Positions 58,991-64,000 of a stretch of 64,000 nucleotides of DNA are shown one piece after another. Each line of letters begins with the position of its first letter. Positions within the stretch are counted from its first letter, which is position 1. The stretch covers positions 11,130-75,129 of the forward strand of contig JANNXQ010000130.1 of the NCBI GenBank assembly GCA_031409655.1, in the 5' to 3' direction. Under the pieces are notes generated by a model, which was given only the letters and a program-made list of their open reading frames with translations, did no database searches and was not told the DNA's origin. Position numbers and translations under genes: made by a program. This DNA comes from Chthoniobacteraceae bacterium (lineage in GTDB: Bacteria; Verrucomicrobiota; Verrucomicrobiia; Chthoniobacterales; Chthoniobacteraceae).

Positions 58991-59069
58991 GAGTTTGGTG
59001 AAATTGCTTTTTTCTTCCTCTTCCTCTTTCTCTGAGCCTTTCCAGAGGAGGAAGAGGAAGAGTGACAGA

Positions 59070-59819
59070 TCAGCCAGCGCGATGCGCCCGGATGATGACG
59101 CCCGTCGTGAAGAGCGCGAAAACGATGATCGACAGGAAATACAGGATGTCGCGCGAGTCGATGACCCCCTTCTGGATGCTCTCGAAGTGCGTCATCACGC
59201 TGAACGCCGCGACGCCATCGACAAACCAAGTCGGCGCCCATTGCGTGAGCATATTAGTCACCGGCGGCCAGCCGGCGAGGATCAGGAAAAGCGAGATCAC
59301 CACCGCGACGATGAAGCTCACAACTTGATTGCGCGTCATCGCGGAAGTCATGGCGCTGATCGCGAGATACGCGCCGGCCATAAGGAAGCTGCCGAGATAG
59401 CCCGCGAAGATCACCCCGTTATCGGGCTGCCCAAGATAGTTCACCGTGATGACGACCGGGAAGGTGAGCACCAGCGCGAGACCGACGACGGCCCACGCGG
59501 CGAAAAATTTCCCCACGATCGCCTGCCACGGCGTGACCGGCATCGTCAGGAGCAGTTCTATGGTGCCGAGGCGCCGCTCTTCACTCCACATCCGCATGCC
59601 CACCGCCGGCACGAGGAAAAGATACAGCCACGGATGCCAGCTAAAGAAGGCCTGCAAGCTCGCCTCGCCGCGCTCAAAGAAGCCCGCGACCATGAAGGTG
59701 AAGAACCCCGCGAGGAGCAGGAAGATGACGATGAAGACGAACGCCACGGGCGACGCGAAGTAGCCGCTGAGTTCGCGTTTGGCGATGGTCCGGATAGGGT
59801 GGGAAGCGATGGCGCTCAT
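59070..59819 (-). CDS. GldF-like ABC-2 permease
   Basis: KRELSGYFASPVAFVF, MRMWSEERRLGTIELLLTMP and HFESIQKGVID. Confidence 0.92.
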   Translation of the reverse strand: MSAIASHPIRTIAKRELSGYFASPVAFVFIVIFLLLAGFFTFMVAGFFERGEASLQAFFSWHPWLYLFLVPAVGMRMWSEERRLGTIELLLTMPVTPWQAIVGKFFAAWAVVGLALVLTFPVVITVNYLGQPDNGVIFAGYLGSFLMAGAYLAISAMTSAMTRNQVVSFIVAVVISLFLILAGWPPVTNMLTQWAPTWFVDGVAAFSVMTHFESIQKGVIDSRDILYFLSIIVFALFTTGVIIRAHRAG

Positions 59820-60781
59820 TCCTTTTCTCCTTTCGATTTTTCGGTGTCGGGCAGCGTGATACTGCGGAAGACCTCGTCCAGCCGGCCCTCCTCGGTGTGC
59901 AGTTCCTGGATCTGCCAGCGCTCCTTCAACGCGACTTCGCCCACAGCCTTCGACAGTTCCTCGCCCGAGCCATTCTTGCGGGGATAAGCGCGGACGGTCA
60001 GCGGCGATTCGCTCACAACCACCGAACGCTCGACGCCCGAAAGCTGATCGATCCGGCTCTTCACCGAAGTGCCGCTCCCATCGAGCAACCGCAGCGTCAC
60101 CGCCCCCGCATGTTCCGAGCGCTGCTTGAGTTCCTTCGGCGTGCCATTCGCCACGATCTTGCCGCGATCGATGATGATCGCCCGCGAACACACCGCCTCC
60201 ACTTCCTCCAGGATGTGGGTGGAGAAAATGATCGCCTTCTTTTCCCCCATCCGCCGGATCAGCGAGCGGACCTCGTGCTTCTGATTCGGGTCCAGACCGT
60301 CCGTCGGCTCATCGAGCACCAGCACCTCGGGATCGTGGATGATCGACTGCGCGAAACACGTCCGATGCCGGAAGCCCTTCGACAGCGTCTCCACGCTCTG
60401 ATGCAGCACCGGCTCCAGGAAACACATCTCGACCACGCGATTCACCGCCTTTTTCCGCGCATCGCCATCGAGCCCGCGCATTTCCGCCGCAAAGCTCAGG
60501 AAACCATGCACGGTCATGTCCGCATAAGACGGCGCATTTTCCGGCAGATAGCCGATGAGCCGCTTCGCCGCGATCGGATCGCCGACGATGTCATGACCAC
60601 CCACGCTCACCTCGCCACTGGTGGGCGGGATGAAGCCGGTGATCATGCGCATGGTCGTGGATTTGCCCGCGCCATTGGGCCCGAGAAAGCCGAGGACTTC
60701 GCCTTTCTCGACGGTGAAGGTGACTCCGGCCACGGCGACTTTGGGGCCGAAAGTCTTTCGGAGATTGCGTACTTTGATCAT
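59816..60781 (-). CDS. GldA-like ABC ATP-binding protein
   Basis: GPNGAGKST, LSKG, LDEPTDGLDP and FSTHIL. Confidence 0.93.
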   Translation of the reverse strand: MIKVRNLRKTFGPKVAVAGVTFTVEKGEVLGFLGPNGAGKSTTMRMITGFIPPTSGEVSVGGHDIVGDPIAAKRLIGYLPENAPSYADMTVHGFLSFAAEMRGLDGDARKKAVNRVVEMCFLEPVLHQSVETLSKGFRHRTCFAQSIIHDPEVLVLDEPTDGLDPNQKHEVRSLIRRMGEKKAIIFSTHILEEVEAVCSRAIIIDRGKIVANGTPKELKQRSEHAGAVTLRLLDGSGTSVKSRIDQLSGVERSVVVSESPLTVRAYPRKNGSGEELSKAVGEVALKERWQIQELHTEEGRLDEVFRSITLPDTEKSKGEKE

Positions 60782-60947
60782 TGAGGGGCGTGGGGATTAA
60801 AAAAAGGCGCTCGTTTTGGCAAGCGCCAGTTTTCCGAGAGACAACGAACTCTTGAGCCCGTTCAAAGTTGCATTCGGGAAATATCGGGCATGGCGAAGGG
60901 CGTACTTGCACGGCCCGGCTCGCGGAGCCGATAGGCGCCGAGAGCCA

Positions 60948-61521
60948 CTATTCGGAAATCTGCCGCGCGAGCGCGAGCACCGCGGGCTTCGCGCGCTCGA
61001 AAAGATCGCGCACCTCTTCCCCCTCAGGAACAACGGCGATCGCGATCACCGCTTCGATCTCGGCAGACCGCAATCCATCGCGACGGATGATAAACTCAAC
61101 GTCCTCAAGATCGACCGCATCTCCGCCACGCATAATCTTTAGTGAGCAACAGATCGAGCGTTGCGGGCCGGTAGAGCTGGAGATGCCGGGTCTCGGGGCG
61201 TGGCAGGCGCACCCGGAGCGATACCCAATCCGGACGGAGGATGATCTGCCGCTCCTCGAAAATGTGGGTGATGTAAAGGTCCCGACCGAGCAGCGCCTCG
61301 TTCGTGGCATCGCGAGCCGCCCAGAATTCCATGTCTTCATCGAAGGCCGCCGACTGCACGAGCGGCACGATGGCATCCACATTGAGCGTCGCCCCGAAAC
61401 TTGCCGGAGCGCCCTCGAAACCAAGCCAGAGCGCGGCCTTTCCGAAGATCGTCAATTCGACGGGATGATGGAGAAACGAGTCGAGCGTCTCAAGGATGAG
61501 GCTCGGATGATCAAGCGGCAT
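60948..61521 (-). pseudogene. Frameshifted DUF6036/AbiEii-like nucleotidyltransferase
   Basis: ORF 61105..61521 (IFGKAAL...ATLNVD...DLLLTK) continues in another frame as IMRGGDAVDLEDVEFII (ORF 60948..61424). The join is restored by removing one A at 61138-61140. Confidence 0.7.
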
Positions 61522-62074
61522 GGCTCACGGCACGCGGCGCCCTCGGGCGCAACCAAGTCGGTTTCCCAAAGGTTTTCGGGGCGATCAATCCAGGGTCGAG
61601 CGCGAAGCGCGAATGGTGCGGCAGGACTCCCTCCTTCGGCATCGGCCCCGGCGGAAGCGCCGCCAACAGTGCGAGCCAGAACGGGCTGCCTGGCTCGTAG
61701 CGCAGCGCACACGTTGCGAGATAGCGGACGACGCCTTCGCAGCGCTCCCACACGGCGAGGCGCGCCAGTGTGCGCGGGTCGTTCCCCTCCGCCCCGAGCA
61801 ACATCGCGCCAATGCGGAGGATGCGCGGATCGTAGGGATTCGCGATCGTGAGCAGAGCGATGGCCAGCTCGCAGTTCGGAAAATCCCGGCCGCTCACCCT
61901 CGACTGCATCCCGTGATCGAACCCCGGCGCATAGTGATAGCAACCGCGAGCGACCGCTTCGTTCGCCAGGTCGTCGAGTGCATGCAGACCAAGCCGCCGC
62001 GCCTTTTGGCGGAGACCGGATAGATGCGGGATCGTGCCGAGGCGCGCGGCGAGCGTGATTTCCTTTACGTCCAT
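61511..62074 (-). CDS. Hypothetical partner protein (putative antitoxin) overlapping the nucleotidyltransferase start
   Basis: Start at ATG 62074 (MDVKEITLAARLG); 11-bp overlap with the downstream gene. Confidence 0.6.
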   Translation of the reverse strand: MDVKEITLAARLGTIPHLSGLRQKARRLGLHALDDLANEAVARGCYHYAPGFDHGMQSRVSGRDFPNCELAIALLTIANPYDPRILRIGAMLLGAEGNDPRTLARLAVWERCEGVVRYLATCALRYEPGSPFWLALLAALPPGPMPKEGVLPHHSRFALDPGLIAPKTFGKPTWLRPRAPRAVSHAA

Positions 62075-62421
62075 TGCGCCAGAAGTGTGGCGCAGCCCCC
62101 GCACCGAGTAAACGCCTTCGACGATCTTGTTCTCCTTCGACGCCGATCAGCCGCTTCTCCGGAGTGCATCTGGCTCCGCTCGTCAACCGTTGCCCCCCGC
62201 CTTCTCTCGTCATCCACCAAGCGATTGGTCCTCGGCTCGAGATTCCCGCTCTGCCGCTCTCGACTGCTGCCATCGCGAACGTCCACTCTGACGATTATCA
62301 TTCCTTCCCCGGCTTTCTTGCGCGGATGCACGGACACATTTCCACACTTCTGCGATTTCCGCCTGCGGGTAGCTGATGGGTTTCATCGGCGGTGAAGTTG
62401 CCGCGAAGCGGCAACAAGCGC

Positions 62422-62621
62422 GGTAGGGCAGCTTCGCCGAAGGTGCCCTATCTCGGCGTGGACGAAGGCGGCGGGGCGGTGGCTCTCTCCCGGGGCGTGG
62501 AAAAATGGCCGGTGGCGCGGAGCCGAGGCACTCGGTGCAAGATCGCAGCCACCAAAAATCCCACCGCCCCGCCACCGCTGCCCACACCAGGATGGGGCAC
62601 CTTCGACGAAGCTGCCCTACC
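62422..62621. repeat. GTAG-type REP doublet
   Basis: Arms 62422-62452 and 62591-62621 are 29/31 complementary. Confidence 0.82.
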
Positions 62622-62677
62622 ACCCTCGTTCCCAGGCTTCGAGACTGTGTGAAAACTCCCAATCTGGGAACGAGGGT
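62622..62677. repeat. CCCTCGTTCCCAG palindrome containing a possible IS1182-like end remnant
   Basis: 14-bp perfect inverted arms enclosing GAGACTGTGTGAAAACTC (62641-62658). Confidence 0.55.
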
Positions 62678-62689
62678 TAAAAAGAAATC

Positions 62690-63205
62690 ACCCTGCCGAC
62701 GGACGCAGCGAAGCCCGCCATTATTTGTAAACCCCGGTGCCAAGTTCAAACGATGCGAAACGCGGCAGCGGTTTGCGGTGAGTTTCCACCTTCCGCCGCG
62801 AAGCGTGCGGTTGGTGCCGGAAGTGGGACCGGCCGGATCGACTTGGGCCGCGCTATTGTAATTCCCGAATCGATCCCAGCACCACTCCCAAACATTGCCA
62901 GCCATATCCCTAAGTCCATACCCATTTGCTGGAAATGCTCCGACAGAATTTGTGTACGGCATGTTTCCCGTTGCATAAGTCGGATGAAACCCACGTGTCT
63001 GACTTAAGTCGTAACCGTAACTGGAGGAGCTATTGTAGTTTGCGTCGCTGTGTGTAATTACATCACCCCAAGGGAACCGCTTTCCAGATAATCCGCCCCG
63101 CGCTGCTTTTTCCCATTCTGCTTCGGTCGGAAGCCGGTACCCATTCCCGCTCCACAACACGCGCGTGTTCGTGACATCTATACTGCCTGTCTTATAGACA
63201 GCCGT
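62690..63205 (-). pseudogene. C-terminal half of an FGE-sulfatase (SUMF1/C-lectin fold) domain gene, cut by IS630
   Basis: TAVYKTG...NGYRLPTEAEWEKAARGG, NGYGLRDMAGNVWEWCWD, RTLRGG and GLRCVR. The frame runs up to the IS end. Confidence 0.85.
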
Positions 63206-63207
63206 TA

Positions 63208-64000
63208 TTAATCCGGCAATAAGACAGAACCTTCATGCTGCATAGGAAGTGGTGGCGGAATGGAAGTAACTGCGGATGAGGGCGGGCTGTTTGTGGCAGG
63301 AGTGCAGTTGCGCGAGCGTCTGCGCTTGGAGTTGCTTTGAGTCGCGCGGCGCGGGCAGTTGCGCGAGCTTGCTCTTGAGCGCCCGGTTGAGCCGCTCGTC
63401 AGGGTTCAGTTCCGGGTTGTAGCTGGGCAGGTGATGCACGGCGATCGTTTCGGTGTGCAGGGCCAGCCATTCTTTGACCGGCGCGCTGTGATGCACGCGC
63501 AGGTTGTCGAGGATGAGAACCACTTTGCGCCCGCCCGCCTGCTTGAGCAGCCGTGCCATGAATTGGATGAGCAGCGCAGAGTTGAGCGCTCCTTTGTAAA
63601 CCATCCACCGGGCGCTGCCGCGGTTGGTCACCGCGCTCATCACGGAGAACCCAAAGCGTTTGGAGCGCTGGCTCACCGTGGGGGTCTGTCCTCTGGGCGC
63701 ATAGCCGCGCGGCGCGTTGGGCTGGTTGTTCACCCCGGTCTGATCGCCCCAGTAGATCTCCGCATTTTCCACCCTGGCCTGCGCGGCGATGCCCGGATAG
63801 GTTTCTGCCAGCCACTTCTTCACGGCCTTGGGTTGCTGTTCATAGGCTTTCTTGATCGGCTTTTGCGGAGTGAAACCCCAGCGCTTCAAATACTCGCCCA
63901 TCGTGCGCACGGGCAGCCGCAGCGCGTAACGCGCCTCGATGAGCTGCGCCACCGCCTTGCGCGTCCACAACGCGAAGGGCAGCTTGAGTTGGTCGGGCAG
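63208..64000 (-). mobile_element. IS630-family element, truncated by the window edge
   Basis: A TA dinucleotide at 63206-63207 is followed by TTAATCCGGCAATAAG, just beyond the transposase stop. Confidence 0.85.
63233..64000 (-). CDS. IS630 DDE transposase (5' end outside the window)
   Basis: WTRKAV, WGFTPQKP, IYWGDQTG, ILDNLRVHH and LPSYNPELNPDE. Confidence 0.93.
   Translation of the reverse strand: MPDQLKLPFALWTRKAVAQLIEARYALRLPVRTMGEYLKRWGFTPQKPIKKAYEQQPKAVKKWLAETYPGIAAQARVENAEIYWGDQTGVNNQPNAPRGYAPRGQTPTVSQRSKRFGFSVMSAVTNRGSARWMVYKGALNSALLIQFMARLLKQAGGRKVVLILDNLRVHHSAPVKEWLALHTETIAVHHLPSYNPELNPDERLNRALKSKLAQLPAPRDSKQLQAQTLAQLHSCHKQPALIRSYFHSATTSYAA

Noticed and set aside
62210..63160. 316-aa ORF as an intact gene, or as part of a DGR
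   Set aside because: Only the first ~155 aa are FGE-like and the rest reads through REP DNA. No reverse transcriptase or template repeat is present in the window.
1..64000. CRISPR arrays, tRNA or rRNA genes
   Set aside because: No regularly spaced direct repeats with unique spacers and no tRNA/rRNA signatures were seen by eye. A covariance-model scan would be needed to exclude small RNAs.

Overview
High-GC bacterial chromosome segment whose gene content and repeat families suggest Verrucomicrobia (Chthoniobacter/Spartobacteria-like; inference). It is mostly housekeeping and envelope genes (ndk, aspC, purH, pdxJ, hpnD, ubiD-family, trpD, xerD, purC, pabB-like, trxB, a Gld-type ABC system, a sugar-modification cluster, a DUF1800/DUF1501 pair). 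The strongest signal is a complete IS110 element (8120-9441). Its non-coding end can be read directly as a bridge RNA: the donor guides match the element's own ends exactly, and the target guides match the flanking DNA partially. Other highlights are (i) a five-gene PspA(ESCRT-III)/AAA+/vWA-solute-binding cluster that could be a membrane-remodelling system, (ii) palindromic repeats inserted in frame inside three enzymes, (iii) an MNT-HEPN module inside a sugar operon, (iv) a doubly disabled nucleotidyltransferase next to an IS630-broken FGE-domain gene, and (v) several pseudo-enzymes. No rRNA, tRNA or CRISPR array was seen. All product calls come from motif recognition, not database searches.
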